A stretch of 64,000 nucleotides of DNA from the IMG/VR virus record IMGVR_UViG_3300028569_002801, positions 1 through 64,000 of that record, one strand, 5' to 3'. This document shows, piece by piece, positions 54,561 through 64,000 of this stretch; position 1 is the first letter of the stretch, and the number at the start of each line of letters is the position of its first letter. Both the position numbers and the translations under genes were made by a program. This stretch comes from a virus. A model generated the notes under the pieces. It was not told where the DNA came from. It saw only the letters and a list, made by a program, of their open reading frames with translations, and made no database searches.

Positions 54561-57034
54561 TATTGATAAACTAATGTAAACCCCTCTTCTGTTATCATAA
54601 AATAACTATCTTCAGTTAATATTATAAATGATTGACTACAATCGTTACATACTACCTCATATTCTATTTTTAATCTTAAATAAAATTTACAATCACCTAA
54701 AGGATCAACATCACCAACACATTTTGAAATAATTTCAAATGTATTTGTTAATAAATCAATAGTAAAACTTTGTATGTTCGGTATACTACCTAAAATACCT
54801 TCGATTGTTGATTGCCAAAGAGTGTCTTGTGGAATATCATTTAGTGTTGTTGCAGTATAAAATGGTACAGTATATATAGTATCTCCCGATTCACAATCCG
54901 TATATACCAAGAAATCACCATTTTCTGTTGTAATTGTAAATACGTCCTCAGTTAAAATAAAACACGTATCACCAGATCCTGGACAATCAATTTCTATTTG
55001 ACAACTAAATACCGCCCCACTAAAACTACATCCGGTATATCCCGAAATAATATCAATATACCCCTCATTTAACATTTCCGATAAACCTCTTTTAGTTCCA
55101 ACAGTAGTCGTAAAAGTACTATTACAAATATTAAATAACTGATAAGATGTTGGAGAGATACCGTTACAATCTATTGTAAAATCTTGTATATCGTAACAAC
55201 CATTACTATCAGTTATTTCAACATAATAGTTTCCAGCGGATAAACCACTTACAGTTGATCCCGTTTGTCCGTTACTCCAATTATACGTAAAAGTTGGTTC
55301 TCCTTGATATATTACTACGGAAGCCGATCCGTCATTTCCATTAACACAATCTATTTTTTGTATGGAAGTTAAAAGTTGTCCTCCTGTTGTTATTGTAAAA
55401 CCTGTGGATACCGCACAACCAACACTATCAGTGACGGTTATCGTATAATTTCCTGGTAGTAAATTATTATATGTTATTCCTGTCGATGTGGTATCTATTA
55501 GGGTGTCTCCGTTACTTAATACATAATCTAAAACTCCCGTATATCCTGAAAATACCTCAATAACCGCAACACCGTTTGGTTCCCCACATGTTGACCCGGT
55601 AGTTGTTGCACTAACAATAAATTTTTGAGTAGATGTTATATTTAATGTTGTTGTATAAACACAACTTGTTCCTGAACCTGAAATTGTTAATTCATATGTA
55701 TCATTTTGTAAGTTAGTAAAACTATTAGTTTGATTAAGACTTGTATTTTGATAAACGGTGTTACCACTTAAACCTGATAAAGTGTATGTGTAATATCCTC
55801 CAAGCCCTGCAATTTGCACATCTATTTGTCCATTATTCTGATTGCAGTCTGAGTTGGTAACAATTATGTCTACCACATTAAATCCTCCTACGGGACTTAG
55901 AAACCCACTTAATGTTGTTTCACAAAAATTGGCGTCTCTTACAACAACTTGATAAGTTCCAGCAGCAAGGTTTGTTAATGTGAACACGTTTGATAATGTA
56001 TACCCAACTTGGGCGGTAGAAGCCGAATAATAGAAAGGAGCGGTACCTCCAGTTAAAAAATACGTCAGACTACCATCAGATGCGAAACAACTTGGTGTTG
56101 ATGCACTTAATAACCCTATACCTAATGGATCAGCAGCACCTACAAATTCACTTTTAGTTACCTCACAACCATTAATATCTGTTACCGTACAAGTATATAC
56201 TCCTTGTGTTAATCCCGTAATTAATTGTGTGGTTTCTCCATTACTCCACAAATACGTATAAGGTCCGGTTCCCGTAACTCCTGTTACCGCCAATTTACCT
56301 TTATCAATAACACAATTAGATGTATTCACCTTCCAAAAACCAAAATCTAAAGAAGTACTTGCAGATATTACCGCGTTTTCAGTGTTAGCCGTGGTACCAC
56401 CTGAATCAAAAACAGTAGCATAATAAATACCACTAGGTAATCCGTTAAAATCATATGGTAAAGTTCCTGTTGTTTCTACAACGTAAGGAACACCATCTTG
56501 ATAAAGAAGAATAGTATATGGGGCACCTGAAGATGTTGCACTTATAGTTAAAAATCCGGTATCTTGTCCACAAGTAGTTCCTGATGCGGTAACTACATTT
56601 GCCTCAAAACATCCCGTTACATTAACATTAACATATAATTCATTATTTTGTAAATTAAGAGTATCATTTATTCTGAACACATAAGTACCTCCTGTTAGCC
56701 CTGTAAATGTTATAGGAGAACTACTTGTTTGAGCAGTTAAAGTTCCCGGAATAATATTATCAATTGTGTATGGGGCAACACCACCATATGAAGTGAAAGT
56801 CACACTACCTGTTGCTGCGGAGCAAACCCCCGTAACTTGGAATCCGTAACTAAGTGGTCCTGATGTACATGTTTCTGTACAAGTTACCCCTGTAGCAATA
56901 TAAACCCCTCTTGCCGAACCAGAATATGATTCATCTATACATATACTTTCACCAAGTGAAACTCCGAATTGGTATAATCCACAACAGTCTACATATTCAT
57001 AAACACCATCCGTTAATCCTGATACACAAGCCAT
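54560..57034 (-). CDS. large SprB-repeat virion protein
   Basis: Repeated GG..PYTYLWSNG..T..I.GL..G.Y.V.VTD.NGC units. Confidence 0.85.
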   Translation of the reverse strand: MACVSGLTDGVYEYVDCCGLYQFGVSLGESICIDESYSGSARGVYIATGVTCTETCTSGPLSYGFQVTGVCSAATGSVTFTSYGGVAPYTIDNIIPGTLTAQTSSSPITFTGLTGGTYVFRINDTLNLQNNELYVNVNVTGCFEANVVTASGTTCGQDTGFLTISATSSGAPYTILLYQDGVPYVVETTGTLPYDFNGLPSGIYYATVFDSGGTTANTENAVISASTSLDFGFWKVNTSNCVIDKGKLAVTGVTGTGPYTYLWSNGETTQLITGLTQGVYTCTVTDINGCEVTKSEFVGAADPLGIGLLSASTPSCFASDGSLTYFLTGGTAPFYYSASTAQVGYTLSNVFTLTNLAAGTYQVVVRDANFCETTLSGFLSPVGGFNVVDIIVTNSDCNQNNGQIDVQIAGLGGYYTYTLSGLSGNTVYQNTSLNQTNSFTNLQNDTYELTISGSGTSCVYTTTLNITSTQKFIVSATTTGSTCGEPNGVAVIEVFSGYTGVLDYVLSNGDTLIDTTSTGITYNNLLPGNYTITVTDSVGCAVSTGFTITTGGQLLTSIQKIDCVNGNDGSASVVIYQGEPTFTYNWSNGQTGSTVSGLSAGNYYVEITDSNGCYDIQDFTIDCNGISPTSYQLFNICNSTFTTTVGTKRGLSEMLNEGYIDIISGYTGCSFSGAVFSCQIEIDCPGSGDTCFILTEDVFTITTENGDFLVYTDCESGDTIYTVPFYTATTLNDIPQDTLWQSTIEGILGSIPNIQSFTIDLLTNTFEIISKCVGDVDPLGDCKFYLRLKIEYEVVCNDCSQSFIILTEDSYFMITEEGFTLVYQ

Positions 57035-57060
57035 ATATAATTTTTTTCTTTATTTTTTTA

Positions 57061-60000
57061 TTAAGGACAAACCCCCATGTTTATTGCTGATACAAATCTT
57101 GGAGATGTACTTGTTGGTATTGTAGTTGAGCAAACATTAAATGTTCCTCCACCTAAAAATGAAGTAGTCGTCCCAACCCCACTACAGTTATATGTGGTAT
57201 AAGCTCCTCCAGTTGGACTAAACGTTACTGCCCACATATATGTCACGCAAGGTGTAGGGGTTGGTGTAGGTGTTGGAGTTGGAGTTGGCGTCAAAACTGT
57301 TTGTTGTGAACAATTTATTTGTAAATCAACCCCTATGTTAAGATATAAGGTTTTACTTGTAAAATCGTCGTAACATGTTGAATTACTAACTACAAGTGTA
57401 CTTCCAGCCAAATAAAAATTTAATCCGTAATTGTATAATTCAACTAAATATGTATTAACCGCATTTACCAAATCAGTGGTTGATGGGTAACCACCAATAC
57501 CATACCCTGTATAAAATTGTTCTTGTACTAAAATTTGTGAATCTAACCTACAGTCAATATACCAATTAGTAACTATACTATTAATATCACAATCACTCTG
57601 TGTGAATCCACTATTAGTTAAAACGTTATTTAACGCATAATTCAATATTGCTGCCGGATCGGTTTTTACATCACATTTTAATGTCTGATCAATACAATCA
57701 TAACTAAATGGTTCTCCGTTATACGTACACGGAATACAAGAAACAGGAATAAATGTACAACCTCTTTGTCTTCTCCAAACAAACTTTTGTCTATGGAAAA
57801 TAGAATTTTCCATTTTTTGTCCTGTTAACCATAAAGTGGTTCCTGGAACTACTTGTTCTAATAGTCTTTGCCAATGATCACCTAAACCTAAAGTATAGTC
57901 TATCATTTTTTGATATGTAAACTTATTAGAAGGTATTCCTACAGTTTGATCAGACTCCAAATATCTCCAATAAACTGATTGTAACGTAGGGTAACCTCCC
58001 GTTTTACCATCAAATATTGTTTGTCGATTTCTAACATTAATGAAGTTATTATAAAAACTTTGAGCGAACTCAAAGAATGTTTTTTCTTTTGGTTTTGGGT
58101 TAATAAATGTCCAATCTATATTACCAGGATATGGGTATGGTGCCGTCAATCCTGAATTTGGTATAGGGTATCCGTACTTTACAGACATATCCCATATATC
58201 ATAAGTAATACCTTGACCCATGTTAGTATATAACTCAATATTTTTAGAATTAATTACTAACCTATCATCACTAACAGTATAATCTACCCCATTAAAATTT
58301 GACCCGTCTTTTCTATTCCCCGTATCATTAACTGCCCAAGATTTTTGATTATCACTTATCTTAGTTAACGTATACCCTTCTGCAATATCAGGAAAATCTC
58401 TAAACCTATCCATATATTCTTGTCCATATGTGAATGGTTTTAATGATGATATTAAATATGGGTTGGTTGGGTTAAAGGATGAGTTTACAGAGTCAGCCTC
58501 TTGATTTGATCTATGTTCAGGACTTGTCTCAAACCATCCAGCCCCTTTTTGGAAGAAGTTGTCGTCTGTAATTGCGGGACTTTGGGGGTACCCATCAGAA
58601 TCAACTCCGTAATCGTTTAATGTCGTTGTTATTAAATTTATAACCCCACTTGTAGTATATCCTGTGTAAATCACACCCAATAAACTAAATGTATTAGCCG
58701 GATCAAAAACAGGTGTCTCTACATATGTTGTCCCTCCAGAAATTTGACAATACTTTTCGTAAAAATCATTATAATTTATTTTAGTATCAGCCAAATAAAT
58801 AACTTCATTAAACTCTAATAATGCTTCAGGGGCACCTATAAATCTCATAACATATTCCAAAGATTGTCTAGTCCCCTTTGTTCTAAACATGTGTGCGGAG
58901 TTTAATATTATATTTCTATAGTATTGATAGTTTAACTCTGTTGGTGTGTCTGAAACTGACTGCCCAGGAAAAACTTGTTTAGCGTTTGGATCAAATACTG
59001 AATTTAAAAACCCTTCATTTGTTATTGGTGAGATGTCTGAATTAATCCCTAATGTTTGAGCTAAATTTGTGAGTAGTTGTGAAGGTATATCATTACCTAC
59101 TTGGTAATTTACAGAGTTCATATATGCTAACGCATCAATAAACTTTTTAACTTCATCAAAACTTCTACCGTATATTTGTAATACCTTTTCAATTTTTTGA
59201 TCATCAGTATCAAACTCTTTGAATGATCCTGTAATTAAAAATCTACTTATTAAATTTGTTTTATATTCGTCTAATTTTTCAGCAATACTCTGTATTTGAG
59301 ATATATATTGTTCAAATTTAGTACTATTAATATCTAAGTTCCAATACTTGTCTATCGGCCAAGTTACTTGTTTTGTAAATAAAGTATATTTACCTGCCGA
59401 ATCGTAATCAGGATATGTAAATTTAGCACTGTATTTTGGATACACACTTCTATTTAACATAAAATCTTCAACCTCATCAAAGTTATCTAAAAATACCTTT
59501 TCTGTTGTTTCATTATTTAATTTTATAACTAAATTAAAAGTTGATGCACTTTGTCCGGGAAACATATCCCCTTTCACTGTTAATGTAAGAGTACCCCCTG
59601 TCATATTCTCAACAGGAATCATATCCGTTACTTTGTATTCTGTACTAACATCTCTAAAATAAACGGCATAACTTTCAAAGTTATTAGTCATATCCCTAAA
59701 TGGACTAACAGTTATCGGTCTAGTTAATATGTTTCTAGCGGCGTTTTCAGAATAATCAATACTAAATGGGTTATAGATTAAACCAGTATTAATATCAAAA
59801 GTGGTTTCATCGTTTTTTCTATCATAAACAATATTAGATGCAGTATTTCCTGTATATAATCCTGACGTTTGTCTTGGATAAACCTCTAAAGCCGCAGGGA
59901 AAAAATTTATTACCTTTATAATTGAGGTTGACATTCTTTTCTGTAGGGAACCATACAACGAAAAACTAGTGATTTCCGATATATCAAAATTTGGGTAAAC

Positions 60001-60240
60001 TTTAAAAGTCTTTTCAATAATCCTTTTTACCTCTTCAATATTATCTATTTTAAGGTTTTCTAAAGTATAAGGATTAGAAAATATACCAGTGTCAAATTTT
60101 CTATTTGTCTTTTCATATATTGCACTAGTAAACTCAAAATTACCTTGCGTCAAACCTCCCCCATCCACAATTTGGAATCCTACAAGGTTATCAGAAAAGG
60201 TTTTAACCCCACCAGGTGGAAAAAATATTTTATTTGCCAT
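57061..60240 (-). CDS. baseplate wedge-like structural protein with C-terminal PT linker
   Basis: LLTNLAQTLG...YRNIILN...RTKGTRQSLEYVMRFIG baseplate-type motif; (PT)n near the C-terminus. Confidence 0.7.
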   Translation of the reverse strand: MANKIFFPPGGVKTFSDNLVGFQIVDGGGLTQGNFEFTSAIYEKTNRKFDTGIFSNPYTLENLKIDNIEEVKRIIEKTFKVYPNFDISEITSFSLYGSLQKRMSTSIIKVINFFPAALEVYPRQTSGLYTGNTASNIVYDRKNDETTFDINTGLIYNPFSIDYSENAARNILTRPITVSPFRDMTNNFESYAVYFRDVSTEYKVTDMIPVENMTGGTLTLTVKGDMFPGQSASTFNLVIKLNNETTEKVFLDNFDEVEDFMLNRSVYPKYSAKFTYPDYDSAGKYTLFTKQVTWPIDKYWNLDINSTKFEQYISQIQSIAEKLDEYKTNLISRFLITGSFKEFDTDDQKIEKVLQIYGRSFDEVKKFIDALAYMNSVNYQVGNDIPSQLLTNLAQTLGINSDISPITNEGFLNSVFDPNAKQVFPGQSVSDTPTELNYQYYRNIILNSAHMFRTKGTRQSLEYVMRFIGAPEALLEFNEVIYLADTKINYNDFYEKYCQISGGTTYVETPVFDPANTFSLLGVIYTGYTTSGVINLITTTLNDYGVDSDGYPQSPAITDDNFFQKGAGWFETSPEHRSNQEADSVNSSFNPTNPYLISSLKPFTYGQEYMDRFRDFPDIAEGYTLTKISDNQKSWAVNDTGNRKDGSNFNGVDYTVSDDRLVINSKNIELYTNMGQGITYDIWDMSVKYGYPIPNSGLTAPYPYPGNIDWTFINPKPKEKTFFEFAQSFYNNFINVRNRQTIFDGKTGGYPTLQSVYWRYLESDQTVGIPSNKFTYQKMIDYTLGLGDHWQRLLEQVVPGTTLWLTGQKMENSIFHRQKFVWRRQRGCTFIPVSCIPCTYNGEPFSYDCIDQTLKCDVKTDPAAILNYALNNVLTNSGFTQSDCDINSIVTNWYIDCRLDSQILVQEQFYTGYGIGGYPSTTDLVNAVNTYLVELYNYGLNFYLAGSTLVVSNSTCYDDFTSKTLYLNIGVDLQINCSQQTVLTPTPTPTPTPTPTPCVTYMWAVTFSPTGGAYTTYNCSGVGTTTSFLGGGTFNVCSTTIPTSTSPRFVSAINMGVCP

Positions 60241-61148
60241 TAACTAATAATATTTGTAAAGTTTTTACTAAAATCTATATTGTTTCCTCTATCTTGTCTA
60301 ACCTCATATAGTAATTCATTAAAATTATCTCTAACCTCAAACAAGTTATATTGTTTATAGATATTACCGCCACTATCATATAACGTGTAAATACCGTCTT
60401 CAATACTTTTAGTTTGGTTACCATAAAGAGCAATCGCTATAGTATCTAAATCATAATCAGCCATTTGAATATCAATGGTGATTGGATTAAAAAACGTATT
60501 CGTAACTATGATGTTTTGGTTTGGTTGCCCAATAAATGGAGTCGCGTTTGGTTTATTGGTTGGTGACGACGATGGTGATAGCGTACAAAACACTAAATCA
60601 CTTCCTCCATCAACATATCTATATCTTATACTTTTTTGTGAGGAATTAACTTGTTCTGTAACAATAGGTTCACAAAAGAAAGAAGATGTAACGATTCTAT
60701 AAAAATTAGGTATTTTTGTCCCGTCCTGATTTAAGTACTCAACTCTATACCCAACAAGTCCTTGGTTTGTAAATTTATTTCTAAATTGTGCAGGTACTTG
60801 GTTAATGTCTATTATAATACCTTTAACGTTGGGTAATGCAGATAATACTCCACAATCACTGATTGTTGTTCTTATTTCTGCAGGACGTAAATAAACGGTA
60901 TATATTCCTTTCTTATTAAACTCTGAAGCCGGAAGTTTTAAACTATACAATCCACCTAAAATTTCAACATTAGCATTACCACCTGTATCGCCATTATGAA
61001 AATACGGTGTCAATATACTTCTTGAGTTTAATTTCTTTAAAAGAAAGTTATCTGTAACATCTCTTGAGACGGTGTAATGTAAAATTATATCTACATCATC
61101 TGGTGACACGTCAGCCGGTCTAACTATTCCATAAGTTCCTAATGCCAT
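60240..61148 (-). CDS. virion structural protein
   Basis: 302-aa ORF in the structural operon. Confidence 0.65.
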   Translation of the reverse strand: MALGTYGIVRPADVSPDDVDIILHYTVSRDVTDNFLLKKLNSRSILTPYFHNGDTGGNANVEILGGLYSLKLPASEFNKKGIYTVYLRPAEIRTTISDCGVLSALPNVKGIIIDINQVPAQFRNKFTNQGLVGYRVEYLNQDGTKIPNFYRIVTSSFFCEPIVTEQVNSSQKSIRYRYVDGGSDLVFCTLSPSSSPTNKPNATPFIGQPNQNIIVTNTFFNPITIDIQMADYDLDTIAIALYGNQTKSIEDGIYTLYDSGGNIYKQYNLFEVRDNFNELLYEVRQDRGNNIDFSKNFTNIIS

Positions 61149-61181
61149 TTTTTTATTTTATAAATAGTTTATATTGTTTTT

Positions 61182-62324
61182 TTATGTGGTTTTTATTCGA
61201 TAATACCCATAACCGTATCTTACAAGATCACCAATATTATCAACCTCACCTAACCTTTGTAGTGGTTCAAATGCCGAATACTTACCCCTTTCTATATAAA
61301 CATCCGTTTGTATTTCAGGTGACATAACAAAATCAAGTAAATACTCATTTTTAGTCATTGCCGATGCGATTATATCATTTGATGTTATACCACTACTATT
61401 AACAATATAAAAGGTTTTACCATTAACTAAATCGTAATAATTAACATTATTAATTGTATAGGCAGTATAATCAGGAGTCATTGAGTCAACTTGACCAAAT
61501 ACTTGATTGTTTTTATTAAACACATAACCGACGGTGTATGGTGCTGGACCCCACCTTTTTAAATCTTGTATCCTTGATTTTGTGAATCCAGAAATTGGGA
61601 ATGGTACTGTCGTGAAGTTACTTGATATTTGATATGGTATATTATTTTGTGCGTCCCCATCAAAAATGTAGTTATAAGATATTGGCGTATTAGCCCAATT
61701 ACCTTGTTGTGGTATAAATGTTATAGTTCCTTGTGGATTCGTAACTGATGCCAAAACTAAAGGTATTGTTATTGGTTTTTCTATTATGGTTACCCCCCAC
61801 GGATTTGACCCCGATAATGTTATTGTATAATCACCTGAACTTACATATGTATGATTTAAAAATGACGTTGTTAGTGGTTGTGATAAACCATCTCCCCAAT
61901 CAACACTATATGTTGTGAAGTCTAAATAACTAACAGTAAAATCTCCAGAAGTGTTATATAATGTAACTTCATACGTATTAAATGGGTTTGCTCCTGAAAA
62001 TAAAAAGTTGGTTACTATATCTTTTTGTAATATTAATCCGTCAAATTCAGAATAAAACCCAATGTCGTTATATGTTTGTGTAAACATGATAGGTATCGTT
62101 AATCCTGTTAATACCGAATCTCCGTTTGTCCCCCCACTTAAAATGTCAGACATTCCAGAGTAAATATATATTTGATCCGTTCTAAAAATTTGATTAGGTA
62201 CCGCAAGATCTAGACACGGTTGTTCCTCATAACTATACCCCGTATCTGCGGTATAAATAAACCCGTATATGTCTAAAGCTAAGGTTTCGGGTGATATTAA
62301 AATACTAAATTTTTCTGATTCCAT
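61182..62324 (-). CDS. structural protein with PKD-like domain
   Basis: YSVDWGDG......HTYVSSGDYTITL. Confidence 0.75.
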   Translation of the reverse strand: MESEKFSILISPETLALDIYGFIYTADTGYSYEEQPCLDLAVPNQIFRTDQIYIYSGMSDILSGGTNGDSVLTGLTIPIMFTQTYNDIGFYSEFDGLILQKDIVTNFLFSGANPFNTYEVTLYNTSGDFTVSYLDFTTYSVDWGDGLSQPLTTSFLNHTYVSSGDYTITLSGSNPWGVTIIEKPITIPLVLASVTNPQGTITFIPQQGNWANTPISYNYIFDGDAQNNIPYQISSNFTTVPFPISGFTKSRIQDLKRWGPAPYTVGYVFNKNNQVFGQVDSMTPDYTAYTINNVNYYDLVNGKTFYIVNSSGITSNDIIASAMTKNEYLLDFVMSPEIQTDVYIERGKYSAFEPLQRLGEVDNIGDLVRYGYGYYRIKTT

Positions 62325-63169
62325 TATGGGTTAACGTATTCATACCAGATTATAGCTTCAGAGGCTAAAGGACCAACACCAACTCTTGTTAATGCTGGAG
62401 TTTCTTTATATATTTTATATTCATATGTTGAATAATCTATATCTACTTTATAGTAAAAGTACTGTGATTTATCAAAGTTGTACACCGTAGGTCCAACTAA
62501 TGACGATTGTGGTGTGTTCATCATTCTTACAAATTGTCCTTTTTTTGCATTAAAGAATTTAGCACTCATATAAAATGTGGTGTTTGTTAAATATGATGGG
62601 TTTTTCAACCAATAATAAAAAAACCCCTCTTTATCTGCACCAACATAATCAAGTAAAAATTTTGGTTTTTTAACGTCTACCTGTGTAGGATTTAAAATTG
62701 GACCAATGAAACCAGGTTCTTTTAATCCTTGTTGTGTTGGTAGTACCACTGAAAAAAGTATCTTTTGATTTTCAGGTACTTTAGTGTCGTAAAAATCCAA
62801 TTTAAAAAAACTACCTTTAAATGAATTTGCAAAATAATATATCTCACTGTCAGTAAAAGTCGCATACTGATAATCATCTAACCAATTAGTGATTGATGGT
62901 GGGTTATTCATAAAGTCTGTTGTTGTTGCTGGATCAAAAAAGTTAAATTGGTAGTATATCTCTGTTTTATCTTGATTTAAATCCCACGGCGCGTGAGCAA
63001 ATTTTGTAGTTTCAAAATCATCAATACCGTTTATCGCCTTTTTAACAACTTCGGATTCATATTCCTCAACACCCATTTCCCTACCTTCGGTATCAAAAGA
63101 TAATTCAATAGGTATAATAACATCTCTATCATTAACATTAAGATTAAATCTATAGTAATTATTATTCAC
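62324..63169 (-). CDS. structural protein
   Basis: 281-aa ORF coupled to its neighbours. Confidence 0.65.
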   Translation of the reverse strand: MNNNYYRFNLNVNDRDVIIPIELSFDTEGREMGVEEYESEVVKKAINGIDDFETTKFAHAPWDLNQDKTEIYYQFNFFDPATTTDFMNNPPSITNWLDDYQYATFTDSEIYYFANSFKGSFFKLDFYDTKVPENQKILFSVVLPTQQGLKEPGFIGPILNPTQVDVKKPKFLLDYVGADKEGFFYYWLKNPSYLTNTTFYMSAKFFNAKKGQFVRMMNTPQSSLVGPTVYNFDKSQYFYYKVDIDYSTYEYKIYKETPALTRVGVGPLASEAIIWYEYVNP

Positions 63170-64000
63170 AGTCGTCGTTAATTGGATCGTTTATCAATGA
63201 TGTTGTCACCATATTATTTCTCTTAATAGGTTTTTGTAAAAACAATATGTTTTTAAATGGATAATGGGCACCGTTTATAAATGGGTTATCAATACCAATT
63301 CCGTCACCATCTATGTATCCATATGTATATATATCCCTCCATATGAAAGTCTCTTCGTATTGTGAATACCAAGCATAGTTAGGGATATTATCTACCTCAC
63401 CTTTTTTACCATATTCTAAATAGTCACTAAATACCCGTATAGGTACTTCGTAGTGTGGTTCATATGCGTAACCACTCGGTAAATTTAATGGTGAATTATC
63501 TAAAAAATTAATAGGGTTAAATGAATATTTGTGATATAATGATGATATAACATATTCTTTTTGTTCCATATAATTATACTCACAAAAATCACCTTTAATA
63601 ACGTCACCAACATTTAATAAGTTGTTATAATAAAAATATTGACCACTACCAACGGGGTATTCGTATGAGGATGATGTTATATTATCTTTATTTATAGATG
63701 ATCCGTGATCCCACCAGTTATCTACATTATTTCTTTGGAAGTTAAATCCCCAACCAATATCCAACCCAACAACATTACCGTTTTGGTTTATCGATGGTGG
63801 GTTAAACCAACCCATGTATCCTCTTTGTATTATACTAACAAATAAATCCATTACGGGTTTACCGTTATTATCTTTTAATTGGTTTATTTCAATATCTTTA
63901 TCAAAACTATAACTAAAGGTTTTTGATCCATCTTTAACGGATACCCTTTGTAGTTGGTTTGGTGTAAGTGCTGAATATTCCAATTTTGATTTAACAGGAA
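63162..64000 (-). CDS. structural protein, probably 5'-truncated by the window edge
   Basis: Reading frame stays open past the TTG at 63983 to the window end. Confidence 0.65.
   Translation of the reverse strand, partial: PVKSKLEYSALTPNQLQRVSVKDGSKTFSYSFDKDIEINQLKDNNGKPVMDLFVSIIQRGYMGWFNPPSINQNGNVVGLDIGWGFNFQRNNVDNWWDHGSSINKDNITSSSYEYPVGSGQYFYYNNLLNVGDVIKGDFCEYNYMEQKEYVISSLYHKYSFNPINFLDNSPLNLPSGYAYEPHYEVPIRVFSDYLEYGKKGEVDNIPNYAWYSQYEETFIWRDIYTYGYIDGDGIGIDNPFINGAHYPFKNILFLQKPIKRNNMVTTSLINDPINDDCE

Noticed and set aside
337-61327. Many short plus-strand ORFs antisense to long genes (for example 2394, 7627, 9278, 14990, 19928, 29923, 51139, 60475)
   Set aside because: Shadow frames rich in F/L/S/I that mirror the minus-strand codons
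1-64000. Stop-codon reassignment or suppressor tRNA
   Set aside because: Long genes are intact in code 11, genes end in TAA, TGA and TAG, and no CTA/TCA/TTA anticodon was found; the 5311-5396 anticodon TGA is Ser, not Sec

Overview
AT-rich segment of a large (jumbo-type) tailed phage genome, almost all on the minus strand and in the standard code. The host is most likely Bacteroidota/Flavobacteriia: there are repeated TAnnTTTG -7 promoters with TTTG/TTG -33 elements, A-rich initiation regions, SprB repeats and an Hc1-like protein. Layout: (1) 0.3-6.1 kb, an array of 19 tRNA/tRNA-like genes interleaved with HNH genes and structured spacer RNAs, 18 of them downstream of a 36-codon leader ORF plus intrinsic terminator that looks like a tRNA-sensing attenuator; (2) 6-10 kb, probable internal head proteins sharing an N-terminal motif; (3) 10.7-11.6 kb, an ~0.9 kb ornate non-coding RNA (GOLLD-like candidate) with its own promoter, boxA and terminator; (4) 12-34 kb, accessory genes (three DNA methyltransferases, DnaJ, glutaredoxin, degenerate MetK-like protein, LRR protein, amidase-like and spanin-like proteins, sigma-70 factor, a tandem-pseudoknot small RNA); (5) 34-44 kb, recombination/replication genes (Rad50/gp46, Mre11/gp47, PD-(D/E)xK nuclease, primase, RuvC, HNHs); (6) 44-64 kb, tail/baseplate/fibre genes with SprB, YadA-like and Pro-Thr repeats, and an embedded GT60-like GlcNAc transferase. 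All calls are by eye from motifs and base pairing; no searches were run.
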